Origin: Candidatus Bathyarchaeia archaeon
GTDB taxonomy: Archaea > Thermoproteota > Bathyarchaeia > Bathyarchaeales > Bathycorpusculaceae
Direction: 5' to 3'
NCBI GenBank assembly: GCA_049512935.1
Contig: JBEKWR010000024.1
Location: 1-53,715, forward strand
DNA length: 53,715 nt
The position numbers were made by a program, and so were the translations under genes. Position 1 is the first letter of the stretch. Each line of letters opens with the position of its first letter. Below the pieces are notes generated by a model. It worked only from the letters and a program-made list of their open reading frames with translations. It had not been told where the DNA came from and did not search any database. Shown here piece by piece: positions 28,357 through 37,400 of this stretch.

Positions 28357-28418
28357 CCGCCGCAGCCCGCCGAGAGCGTTTTCTTCTCGCCGCCTTTGAG
28401 TGGCGTTCAGGTGATATC

Positions 28419-28652
28419 ATGCACAAGAAAAACCAGAAGAAACTTTTGGAGCGCAAAATCCGCGGCATAATCCTTCGCGGCAGCTTCTACGACCGAGCGC
28501 TGGGCGAAGCCGTCTCCCAGATGACCCGCATCGACGTCCTGGCTCGGCTTGCTGAGCCTGTTGAGGTTCATTTGGTTCCTGATGTTGAGCGGGGCGAGGT
28601 TCTGATTGATCCTCGGGGCACGGGCAGCCTGCAAGCCAGGGATTCATGTTAA
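28419..28652 (+). CDS. Hypothetical viral protein
   Basis: ATG after a GGTGA SD; 77 aa. Confidence 0.6.
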   Translation: MHKKNQKKLLERKIRGIILRGSFYDRALGEAVSQMTRIDVLARLAEPVEVHLVPDVERGEVLIDPRGTGSLQARDSC

Positions 28653-28717
28653 AAACCCATATTTGTGTTGGAATTTTGTCACTAATACTAGACCCCCTCC
28701 CCCCTCGGGTGAAAAAC

Positions 28718-29105
28718 ATGCCTCATAGATTAAGTCTTGATAGGCGAGTCAGCGGCCGCGTGACCAAGATGCGCCGCATCCTGCACGTTGACACCCAGCA
28801 CACGCGCCGCAAACTCCTCACCCAGCTGGGGCGTCGTCAAGTACGTAGTGGACGAAAAAGGCAAACAGCGCCCCCTAACAGTAGCCGAACGACAAAGCTA
28901 CACCCGCATCGCCGCCTACACCGCCCAAATCATCGCCTCCATCGCAAAAGGCCTAGACGAACGACAAATCGACAAAGACCTAGACCAGCTGGAAGCCATG
29001 CTGAAGAAGACCGGGGCGGATGCGGGCGCGTGTTTGGATGCTGGGAGCCGCCGAGAAAGCCTGGGGGCGCCTGAAAAAAGCTCCCTTGAGCGTTGCTGTG
29101 CCTGA
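28718..29105 (+). pseudogene. Frameshifted helical protein, small terminase candidate
   Basis: SD-led N-terminus (MPHRLSLD...DTQHTRRKLLTQL) and a protein-like C-terminus (GVVKYVVDEKGKQ...DKDLDQLEAML) lie in different frames, joined near 28828. It is the last virus-like gene before TerL. Confidence 0.5.
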
Positions 29106-29150
29106 GGCGCCTATTTCGCCGTTTTTGCTTTGGGCATGTTTTGCCAGGTT

Positions 29151-29270
29151 GCCCCTCAAGCAATGTGTCGGCAAGCGCGTTTGGTTCCGCTGCATCGGGA
29201 CAGGCGGCGAAAACTGTCCACCCTGCTTTTTGCGGTTCCCACGCGCTTCCCGACCTACCTTGACAGCGGC
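29151..29270. repeat. Long imperfect inverted repeat (about 120-nt hairpin)
   Basis: Nested pairs TCAAG/CTTGA, GTCGG/CCGAC, AAGCGCGT/ACGCGCTT, CCGC/GCGG, GGACAG/CTGTCC. Confidence 0.7.
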
Positions 29271-29714
29271 TCCCCAAATTCCCGTTCATGACGCCCAGAC
29301 TAAACGCAATCAAAATAATCAAAAGCTTGAAAGTGCAAAAATGATGAAGTTGAAAGTTCCCGCAGTCAAAATCTGCCTCAAAGAAAAAAGCGGTCAGGCA
29401 AAAGAAGGCTTTACCTTCGCCTGTGAATTCTTCTCAGAAACGCCGCTAAACGCCAACCATAACCAAGGCTGCGATTCCACGCAATTAGACGCTTGCACCG
29501 CTCCCATTACAACCTCGTGGAATGGCTCCTTCACACTTAAAAAACGCCAATAAAAGCTAAAGCAAACGGCTACAATGATGCCAATATGAAACGGTGAATT
29601 TAGCAAGTATATCAAGTGAAGCCGTAAACCGTCACTGTTGGTTGAGGTTTCGTTATCCAGGCTTGCTCTCGAGCCGATGTCCGAGTTGAATCAACCATTG
29701 GTTCATTCAGACAT

Positions 29715-30569
29715 TTAAACCAATGGCTTTTTGTTTTCTGAACTGGACGAATGAAATTGTTTGCTCTTCCTATGTGAAAGCACCAAGGTAACGCCCAAAA
29801 CAATGACTGCCGTGCTTAGTACTATTATAGCGATTTTCTCCCAATCAAGACCCAGAAACGCTCCTGATTGCTGGCTTGTTTCTGTTGGGTTTATTGAAGG
29901 CGAATTGGAGGGGTTTGCGGCTGTCGATGAAGGAGATGAGCTAGGACTCGGTATAGTGTAGTTACCCGCATGCTGTATTGACTGGGGATTTGTCCAACCG
30001 CTTGTTTTGCCGACAAAACCATTGTCTGCTGTGTAGTATCCTATGGCTGCTTCGACTTGGAAATCCGTTTCACTGCCGATGGGAATGTCTATTGCATTCA
30101 AACCTGCTTGGTAATTTCCCTTGAAATCAAAGGGAATAGCTGTGTATTCGCTGTCACTTTGAGTTAATCTGAAGTAGTTGGGGAGAATTATCCAAGAGTT
30201 ATTGCTAGGCTCTTTCCATCTTATGTTATAAAACAACTGTATACTGTTCCCACTTGATTCATTATAGGGAACAAAAGGTTGATTCATAATGTTCACCCAA
30301 ACTTCTTCATCTACTACAGTGTATCCTGCCTTAGTAATCACTGCTTTCCCGGTCGAGGGGTCTACTCCATAAACCGGCGGTATGTTGACAGAAAAGATTT
30401 GGTATTTTACTCCAAAGTCTGGCGCAGAGGGGGTAGTAACCCCAGTTTGCGCACATACAGTTCTGACCACCGTTAAACTTAGGCTTGAAACAAGCATAAT
30501 AAAAATCAGAATTAATGTGAAACTCTTACCAATAATTCCCATAACAATTAGGAATAAATGGTTTTTCAT
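29715..30569 (-). CDS. Cell-surface protein (signal peptide, S/P/T linker, C-terminal TM anchor)
   Basis: Hydrophobic N-terminus, beta-rich core, PSPSSSPSST linker, TM followed by a basic tail. Confidence 0.8.
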   Translation of the reverse strand: MKNHLFLIVMGIIGKSFTLILIFIMLVSSLSLTVVRTVCAQTGVTTPSAPDFGVKYQIFSVNIPPVYGVDPSTGKAVITKAGYTVVDEEVWVNIMNQPFVPYNESSGNSIQLFYNIRWKEPSNNSWIILPNYFRLTQSDSEYTAIPFDFKGNYQAGLNAIDIPIGSETDFQVEAAIGYYTADNGFVGKTSGWTNPQSIQHAGNYTIPSPSSSPSSTAANPSNSPSINPTETSQQSGAFLGLDWEKIAIIVLSTAVIVLGVTLVLSHRKSKQFHSSSSENKKPLV

Positions 30570-30652
30570 ATAAAAGTTATGATAAATTGCTTTGCAGTTT
30601 TATACGTAGAAAGTGCAAAGCAAATGTTTTCTAACGTAATCAGGGGTGACTT

Positions 30653-32023
30653 TTAGGTTGCTTCAATTCCCGCTTTGGTCCTGGGCAGTTTTGATCTGCG
30701 CCAGAAAACGACGACTGCTGCTATCAACCCGAAAATCACCGCCAGCAGGACACCGATAACAACTGAAAGGCTGGTCTGGCTGAGCGTTGAATTTCCATTT
30801 TTGCTTTGGGTTGAGGTTGACGTTGGCGGGTTCGTGGTTGTGGGTTGGCTGGGTTGGCTGGTCGTTTGGGGATTAGGCGTCGGTATGGGCGCGTTCGGGT
30901 TAGGCGCTGCCTGCGTGTTTGGCGAGGTTAAGATCGGCGTAAAGGTTACCGTGCCCACGTTGAAGTTGTCTTTATGGTCGTAGATCGTCTGGTTGATTAC
31001 TGAGAGGTCAGTTGTTCCCCACCAATTATTCGCGGCATTAACGTTAGGTGCGGTCGAGCTGTAATTGCCCTGTTGCCCCAAGTAAATGTTGTACTTGCTG
31101 TTCTGTTCAAAGTTGTTGTAGGCTATGGTGGGGACAGGGGAGCCGCTTGAGTCGTAAATGTTTATTCCGATAGTGCAGGCGGCGATAGTGTTGTTTTCGA
31201 TAACTGGGTTTGTTTCGCCGTAAATTGTTATGCCGCCATATTGAATAAGGTTGTTCTCAACACAAGGCGACCCAGCGCTCAGGACAACTAAGCCGTCGCT
31301 GATGAAATTGTTCTCAATCACAGGCGACCCTGCGCTTACCGACAAATCTCCAGTGACATGATTCCCGTAAAATAACGCAGAATTTTGACCCTCAAAATTG
31401 ACGGCAGGAAGTTCTGTTGGGTAACCTCCAGATTCAGCAGTAATTGTATTATTCGAAATGATAGGGGAGCCAGCTTCGATGTCCATTTCAGTTACGATTA
31501 CATTGTTGGAGATTATGGGCGAGCCGCCAGAAACACCAATAGTGAGCATATTGTTATTATCTATTTTCGGGGATGCGTTGTCTGTTCCAACTGCATGCTC
31601 ACCTGCAGTATATTGCAATATGGAGCCAGAGGAAGATTGAGAGTTCCATCTCTGACTTGACGACCCAAAGCCTATGTTGACGTTTCCAAATTCAATTAAA
31701 TCCTTGTCGGTTCCTTCGGCATGCAACGTGCCATTTACATTAAGTGTATGGAGACGAGAATCGTCTGGCGCAATGTATGAGTCGACACCGACAAATTGGT
31801 ACACTTCGGTGCCTGGTTCAATGGTCAATGTGACACCGCTCGCTACTGTTACATCCCCTGTGAAGTTGTAGGGGTTATTTGAGGGCGTCCAAGTTGTGTC
31901 TTGGCTAATTATGCCACTGACGTTTGTGCATTTCTGGGCATTGCCGATAGGCACATTGCCGATAAAGATGAGCCCAAGAACCACAATAGTCAGCATTAAG
32001 AGTGTGTAGGCGGGTTTTCGCAA
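30653..32023 (-). CDS. Cell-surface protein with right-handed beta-helix (NosD/pectin-lyase-like) repeats
   Basis: VSGIISQDTTWT...NPY, repeated GSP.I.NN.I units, ANNWWGT, P/T linker, C-terminal TM. Confidence 0.85.
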   Translation of the reverse strand: MRKPAYTLLMLTIVVLGLIFIGNVPIGNAQKCTNVSGIISQDTTWTPSNNPYNFTGDVTVASGVTLTIEPGTEVYQFVGVDSYIAPDDSRLHTLNVNGTLHAEGTDKDLIEFGNVNIGFGSSSQRWNSQSSSGSILQYTAGEHAVGTDNASPKIDNNNMLTIGVSGGSPIISNNVIVTEMDIEAGSPIISNNTITAESGGYPTELPAVNFEGQNSALFYGNHVTGDLSVSAGSPVIENNFISDGLVVLSAGSPCVENNLIQYGGITIYGETNPVIENNTIAACTIGINIYDSSGSPVPTIAYNNFEQNSKYNIYLGQQGNYSSTAPNVNAANNWWGTTDLSVINQTIYDHKDNFNVGTVTFTPILTSPNTQAAPNPNAPIPTPNPQTTSQPSQPTTTNPPTSTSTQSKNGNSTLSQTSLSVVIGVLLAVIFGLIAAVVVFWRRSKLPRTKAGIEAT

Positions 32024-32110
32024 TCTGTATCTCTCTTATTGGGAGTAAGCGGTTGTTTAAATAAAAGACTTGCGAATTTTTGGGGTTTTGGAAGTAGGAG
32101 GCGGTTTTAG

Positions 32111-33508
32111 GTGAAGCAGCTTCAGCGTTCGCGGTTGCGGCGGATGGTGGGGTGCTGCCAGGAAAGTCAGGAGGCACCTGAAAAAGCGTTCTCCCGCCTA
32201 ATTGTGCCTGAAGACCCGGTTCTTTTCTCCCAAGAATTTTTCGGGTTTCAGGTCTTACCTTACCAGGCTGGCCTTCTCCGGGATCGGGCAAAACGCGTCG
32301 TGGTACGGTGGAGCAGGCAAGCAGGCAAAACCACCTGCATCGCGCTGCGCGCGATTTGGTTCGCATGCGCCTACCCGAAGACGTTGACCCTGATTGTGGC
32401 TCCCACCCTCCGCCAAAGCATGATTATGAGCGACCGCATCCAAGACTTCCTCGCGGCTCTGCCACAGGAAAAACGCGCGGCGCTCGTCGGCAAGATGCAG
32501 CGCACAACCATCCGCTTCAGAAACGGCAGCAAAATCGTCGCCTTACCTAACAGCCCGCAGCTTCTTCGGGGTTATGCGGCGCATCAAATTATAACGGATG
32601 AAACTGCCTTCTTTAAGGATGACAAGTTGGTCTTCTACAACGTTCTCTACCCCATGCTGAGCACGACGGACGGCACCTTGGTTGCGAGCAGCACGCCTTG
32701 GAGCAAGGACAGCGTCTACTACCGCATGTGCCAAGCAAGCGAATTCAGCAAGCACACCATAACCTGCGAAGAAGTCGTCAAAGCCGGCTTAATCAAGCAG
32801 GGCTTCATCGACGAGATGCGGAGCCAACTGCCGATCGACCGTTTCCAACGCGAGTTCATGGCTGAGTTCGTGGAAGACATAGACGCGTGGCTAACCCAGA
32901 GCCTCATCGTCAGCTGCATTGATAGTCAGCTTGCCCCCCACGATTTCATGGCCCAACCCACGGGAGAATTCTTCGTCGGCGTCGACTTGGGAAAAGAGCA
33001 GGATTTCAGCGTCGTGCTGGTCATGGAAAAGCTGGGTTCCCAATTGCGGGTTGTTCACGTTCATCGCTTTCCCCTTCACTCGGAGTACGCCAGCGTCATC
33101 GGCTACGTCAAGAGCCTGCAGGACCGCTGGAGAACCATCCGCAGCGTCTACACGGACGTCACCGGCGTGGGAAATTATGTGACCGAGGACATGGTCCGCA
33201 GCGGCATCCAAGGCGTCACAGGCGTCACCTTCACCGTGCAGTCCAAGGAGGAGATGGCGACGATCCTTCGGGAAAAAATGCGAAACGGCGAAGTAAAAAT
33301 CCCCTACGTCCCCGCCAAAAGGCTCGACGACGTGGACTTGACGGCTGAACTCAACGTTGAAAAATTCATGCTTATGAAAACTGGGCACCTGCGGTTTAGC
33401 CACCCCGACGGAGGACACGACGACGTATTCTGGAGCATGGCACTCGCTTGCCTGAGCGCGGTGCAGTCGCCGCTGCCGGGAAAAGGAGCAGCAATGCTAC
33501 CACACTAA
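32111..33508 (+). CDS. terL: Terminase large subunit
   Basis: PYQ adenine motif, Walker A WSRQAGKTT, Walker B IITDE, coupling SSTP, nuclease GVDLG...D...HDDVFWS. Confidence 0.95.
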   Translation: MKQLQRSRLRRMVGCCQESQEAPEKAFSRLIVPEDPVLFSQEFFGFQVLPYQAGLLRDRAKRVVVRWSRQAGKTTCIALRAIWFACAYPKTLTLIVAPTLRQSMIMSDRIQDFLAALPQEKRAALVGKMQRTTIRFRNGSKIVALPNSPQLLRGYAAHQIITDETAFFKDDKLVFYNVLYPMLSTTDGTLVASSTPWSKDSVYYRMCQASEFSKHTITCEEVVKAGLIKQGFIDEMRSQLPIDRFQREFMAEFVEDIDAWLTQSLIVSCIDSQLAPHDFMAQPTGEFFVGVDLGKEQDFSVVLVMEKLGSQLRVVHVHRFPLHSEYASVIGYVKSLQDRWRTIRSVYTDVTGVGNYVTEDMVRSGIQGVTGVTFTVQSKEEMATILREKMRNGEVKIPYVPAKRLDDVDLTAELNVEKFMLMKTGHLRFSHPDGGHDDVFWSMALACLSAVQSPLPGKGAAMLPH

Positions 33509-33548
33509 GCGGATTTCAAAGTTATGGTAATTTGAGGTGCATCAAAAT

Positions 33549-34952
33549 ATGAGTTTTGTTGCTGAAAAAATCAGCGAGAGCTTCCAAAAGCTGCAGGCGC
33601 GGCTGGGCTTTAAAGCGGAGAGGCAGGTGCCGCCCAACGTTAGCAAGCGCCAGATTGAGGAGGAGGTGCCTCTTAGCTGGAAGAAGGATGAGATGCTCTA
33701 CGGGTACGTTAACCGCTATTTGCTTAAGGGTTCGGGCGCTGGCTTTGTAACTTCTCCTTATGACTCGTATTGGGATCGCATTTGGGGAGCAACGCCGATT
33801 GAGGATTTGCCCAAGTACAAGGACCTGTACACTTTCACCCCGTACATCAAGGCAGCCGTCGACGTCACCGTGAACTTGGCAATCAGCAACGGGTTCGAAC
33901 TCAACGGCGGCGACAACGCGGTCCGCGAGTGGCTCACCGACTGGCTGGACGAACAAAACATCCTGCGCATCCTGCGCATCGCAGCAACGGACATGCTTGT
34001 CTTCGGCAACGCTTATCTGGAGATTTGCCGGGACGAAACCAGCGGCGAAGTCACCTGGCTAAAACCCCTCGACCCAGTTTACATGCGCCCCAGACGCGAC
34101 GCCTACGGCAACGTCTTCGGCTACATCCAGCTTCTAACCGTGCCGCCCGTGGTTTTCACGGCTCAAGACATGGTGCATTTCATGTGGGGTGCCAAAAGCT
34201 GGTGGTACGAATGGTCTTACGGCACGAGCCTGTTGCGTCCGCTGCTCAAAACCCAGGCGCTGATCGACCAGTTCGAGGATGACATGGCGGTTATCTGCCA
34301 CACCTACAGCAAGCCGATGCTCATCGTAAAAGCGGGCACGGCGGAGCGGCCTTTCAGCGACGCGCAGATCCAGACACTTATGGAAGCCTTCCGAGACCGC
34401 AAAGCAGCCACCGACGTTTTCGTCCGCGGAGACGTCACCGTCGACGTGCTTCCAAGCCTGACTAAAGACGTCAACGTCCAATTCTGGCTTGACTACCTCT
34501 ACAAGCAGCGCGAGGCGGTTCTTGGCGTTCCGAAGATATTTTTAGGAGAAAGTCAGGGAACCAACCGTGCCACAGCCGACGTCGTAATGCAGGAGTACGT
34601 TACCCGCCTTCGGATGCTTCAGGAAATCGTGGGCGACGTTTTGGAAACGGTTCTGTTCAAGCAGCTGGTCAAGGATGAGTTCGGCGAAGGCGTCGAAATC
34701 CCCAAGGTCCAGTGGCGACCGATCTGGGAAGCAACGGTGGAGGACAAAGCCAAATTCGTCAGCGACCTGGTGCAGAACGGCATCATAACCGTGGCGGAAG
34801 CGCGCATGCAACTCGGGTACCCAGCGGAGCCGGAGGATCAGGGGCTGCCGCAACTGTTGCCCAAGCCGAAAAGCGAGGGCGAAAAAATCGTGCAGAAAAC
34901 CGTCAAAGGCGTCATGGAGCAGCTAAACGAAAAAGAGGCGAGGGGCGAGTAG
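33549..34952 (+). CDS. Portal protein
   Basis: Follows terL; DMLVFGNAYLEI, LKPLDP, YGTSLL, LGVPKIFLG, GIITVAEARMQLG. Confidence 0.93.
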   Translation: MSFVAEKISESFQKLQARLGFKAERQVPPNVSKRQIEEEVPLSWKKDEMLYGYVNRYLLKGSGAGFVTSPYDSYWDRIWGATPIEDLPKYKDLYTFTPYIKAAVDVTVNLAISNGFELNGGDNAVREWLTDWLDEQNILRILRIAATDMLVFGNAYLEICRDETSGEVTWLKPLDPVYMRPRRDAYGNVFGYIQLLTVPPVVFTAQDMVHFMWGAKSWWYEWSYGTSLLRPLLKTQALIDQFEDDMAVICHTYSKPMLIVKAGTAERPFSDAQIQTLMEAFRDRKAATDVFVRGDVTVDVLPSLTKDVNVQFWLDYLYKQREAVLGVPKIFLGESQGTNRATADVVMQEYVTRLRMLQEIVGDVLETVLFKQLVKDEFGEGVEIPKVQWRPIWEATVEDKAKFVSDLVQNGIITVAEARMQLGYPAEPEDQGLPQLLPKPKSEGEKIVQKTVKGVMEQLNEKEARGE

Positions 34953-34953
34953 C

Positions 34954-35001
34954 ATGCCGGGCTGGAGGAAGGCGCATCTGTTCGGCGTTACAACTGGCTA
35001 A
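34954..35001 (+). pseudogene. Degenerate 5' fragment resembling the gene at 36888
   Basis: ATGCCGGG-CTGGAGGAAGGCGCATCTGTTCGGCGTTAC reads MPG/LEEGASVRRY, against MPGLEEAINVWRY at 36888. Confidence 0.6.
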
Positions 35002-35113
35002 AAAATAGTGCAGAAAAATTTTGAAGGTGTGATGACCATATTGATTGGATAAAATTAGGAAAAGCTAATAAAAGCAGTTCGTTCACTTCTATTGAGACTG
35101 AGGGATCAATTTA

Positions 35114-35749
35114 ATGTCTGAAACCGAGCCTTTAGAAGCTCAACCTATTGAACTGTCTCTTAATGCTATGTGGATGTTGCAGCCCGATTATAGGGGTGTA
35201 AGGCAATCGTTGGAAGCCAAGGGTTACACCCTAGTCCAGCAGCTTCAAGGCCCCCAAATCATAATAGCCAAAAAAGGGACAATTGACATTTTTGTAAATC
35301 TTGAAAGACGAGTTCTTGGAATTGAAAGCGAAACATCATTGAAAGATATCCTTCTCGCGTTTGGTGATTTGGAAAAAACATATCAAGAAATCGGTATGGA
35401 ACCTTCTAATCTGATATTCCTTGAGTTTTTAGGTAGCTACATCCTAAATTCAAAAAACAGTCCACTCGATAAAATCAACTCTCTAAGAGTTCAGGATAAG
35501 ATGCTGGACAAAATTGGTTCAATACTGGAAAAAGAACTCGCACCTTTAAACTTGAGTTTAACTGTAAAAGGATCGAATCCAACTTCAACAAATTGGCTAA
35601 ATTTGATAATTGAACCGCTTTATCCAAGCCCAAACAAGAGCTATATAATAAAGGTTGTTTTTAGAGGAACTACTCAAGAAGTAGTGGATTTCGCCAAGAC
35701 TATTGAAAAAAGAATTCCTCGAATTATCGAACAAATTGAAGGCTCTTAA
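35114..35749 (+). CDS. Hypothetical alpha/beta protein, first gene of an AT-rich cassette
   Basis: 211-aa ORF with its own TATA-like element upstream; AT-rich. Confidence 0.75.
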   Translation: MSETEPLEAQPIELSLNAMWMLQPDYRGVRQSLEAKGYTLVQQLQGPQIIIAKKGTIDIFVNLERRVLGIESETSLKDILLAFGDLEKTYQEIGMEPSNLIFLEFLGSYILNSKNSPLDKINSLRVQDKMLDKIGSILEKELAPLNLSLTVKGSNPTSTNWLNLIIEPLYPSPNKSYIIKVVFRGTTQEVVDFAKTIEKRIPRIIEQIEGS

Positions 35750-35750
35750 T

Positions 35751-36332
35751 ATGAGTGCAACGTCACAAATGCTTTTTGATTTGAACATAGATTCTGAAGC
35801 AAATGTCCTCGTTGAGGGCACGCGCCTAAATGGAGCGACAAACCACTTTCAAAGACTTACCGAAATGTTTAAGGCGCGTGAAGAGAAAGAAATACCTAAC
35901 AACATTTTTTTTGAAACTCAAAGTACTCCAACCGGAACAGTAAAACTTCAAGGGCTTTCAATTGGCGTCGCGACAAAAGGTGACCTCATGTTACCGACAC
36001 TTTCAGATACCTTAAAATTCGAAATTACAAACACGGCAGATACCTTCATTGTCCACCAAAAGAGCGCTGTTAAATACAAAAAAGAAATATTACTTGTTGC
36101 AAAGCGTATTTCTAGTTTTCTAACAGCTAGAAAAATTCCCGCAGATGTTTGCGTGGATCTCTTCACAGATCCCGAGTATAGTGATTGGGTCGAACCAAAA
36201 GTAGAGATTAGAGTAAGCAAGGATCAAGTGTCAGAGACCTATGACTTATTTGACGAGCTATTAACATGCGCTTTTTCTGGTATAACCCAGAAAACGCTAA
36301 AACGACTATCTGTTACAATTGATAGCAGGTAA
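35751..36332 (+). CDS. Hypothetical protein, probable HEPN partner/antitoxin
   Basis: ATG 1 nt after the previous stop; C-terminal VDLFTDPEY...VEIRV segment; directly precedes the HEPN gene. Confidence 0.65.
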   Translation: MSATSQMLFDLNIDSEANVLVEGTRLNGATNHFQRLTEMFKAREEKEIPNNIFFETQSTPTGTVKLQGLSIGVATKGDLMLPTLSDTLKFEITNTADTFIVHQKSAVKYKKEILLVAKRISSFLTARKIPADVCVDLFTDPEYSDWVEPKVEIRVSKDQVSETYDLFDELLTCAFSGITQKTLKRLSVTIDSR

Positions 36333-36337
36333 GGCAT

Positions 36338-36775
36338 TTGATAACTCCTGATCGATTCCTCCTTCTCGCAAAACGGATGGTCTCAAACCCGGGAATTCCT
36401 GAAGAGGAGGCTCGCTCGGCCATAAGCAGAGCTTACTATTCCTTATATCATGAAACACTACAGTTAGTAATTAAGAAATATTCATTAGACCTGATCAGAG
36501 AAATTGAGCGACAATATGGCCGGCAACTTACCATTCAAGAAAGGGCTAAGTTAAATTCGTTGGACCCTGATTTTCTATGCCGAATAAACTTTCATCGAAT
36601 CCTTCCTGTTGTAATGCGAAATATGCAGAAACCGATTATTGCAAGTAAATTCATGAATTTTAGGGAAAAGAGGAATCAAGCCGATTATGATTTGAAATTA
36701 ACTACTGCTCAATCGGATGCAATTACAATAGTCACCAATATTGACAAATTCGTTGTTGTAGTAAAAACCATGTAA
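36338..36775 (+). CDS. HEPN-domain protein
   Basis: RSAISRAYYSLYH and REKRNQADY motifs. Confidence 0.85.
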   Translation: MITPDRFLLLAKRMVSNPGIPEEEARSAISRAYYSLYHETLQLVIKKYSLDLIREIERQYGRQLTIQERAKLNSLDPDFLCRINFHRILPVVMRNMQKPIIASKFMNFREKRNQADYDLKLTTAQSDAITIVTNIDKFVVVVKTM

Positions 36776-36887
36776 AGCATTTGTATTGCAAAGTAATTTC
36801 CTTAAGCATTCGATTTTAAAAGTTTCTCAGAATGGAAACTAAAGGTTACTATGCTTTATTAATATGAACTGATGGGAAGAAGATATT

Positions 36888-37199
36888 ATGCCTGGTTTGG
36901 AAGAAGCAATAAATGTTTGGCGTTACCGCGTGGCTGACCCTGACAAGTTTGAAAAGTTCCGCGTGAAGGAGCTGGGCAAAGGCGTCAAAATAACGCTTGG
37001 AAAAGTCAAGGGGTCGCAAAGGTGGGAAATCCAAAATTACATGTTCGAAAAAACCACTTTTAAGGATGCCCATTCCGTGCGGAAATGGCTTGACGGGCAT
37101 TTAAAAGCTGAAATCCGAACGCTTCTTGACTTCAAAGCTTGGGACGAGTGGCGCCGCAGATTTGTGAATGCGTACATGCAAATCTCAAACGTCGAATAA
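36888..37199 (+). CDS. Viral head-morphogenesis-associated protein
   Basis: RYRVADPDKF..FRVKELGKGV...QNYMFEK..F....VRKWL; sits in the slot between portal and protease. Confidence 0.7.
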   Translation: MPGLEEAINVWRYRVADPDKFEKFRVKELGKGVKITLGKVKGSQRWEIQNYMFEKTTFKDAHSVRKWLDGHLKAEIRTLLDFKAWDEWRRRFVNAYMQISNVE

Positions 37200-37237
37200 G
37201 CCGTCAAAAGTATCGAATTATCAAAGTGGTGTTTTGG

Positions 37238-37384
37238 ATGAGACAACAGAATAAACAAACCAGAAAAGCCGCCGCGAAGGCGCAGCCCAGTTTGCTTGGG
37301 GATTGGCAGAGCTTCCGCGCTTTGCAGGAAGCAGTCTACACGGCTCAGGGCAAACAAGTACCCGCGTTTGATTTCCAAAGTTGA
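37238..37384 (+). CDS. Small hypothetical protein (48 aa)
   Basis: ATG after GGTG (MRQQNKQTRK...); fills the gap before the protease gene. Confidence 0.45.
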   Translation: MRQQNKQTRKAAAKAQPSLLGDWQSFRALQEAVYTAQGKQVPAFDFQS

Positions 37385-37400
37385 AGGCAAGGTGATTTGG

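Noticed and set aside
28810-28840. Second BHB intron explaining the frame change in the TerS candidate
   Set aside because: Only a 10-nt palindrome is present, with no two-bulge geometry.
29020-29615. ORFs 29020-29553 (+), 28930-29322 (-) and 29394-29615 (-)
   Set aside because: No recognisable protein features; they overlap the long hairpin and probably non-coding or decayed sequence.
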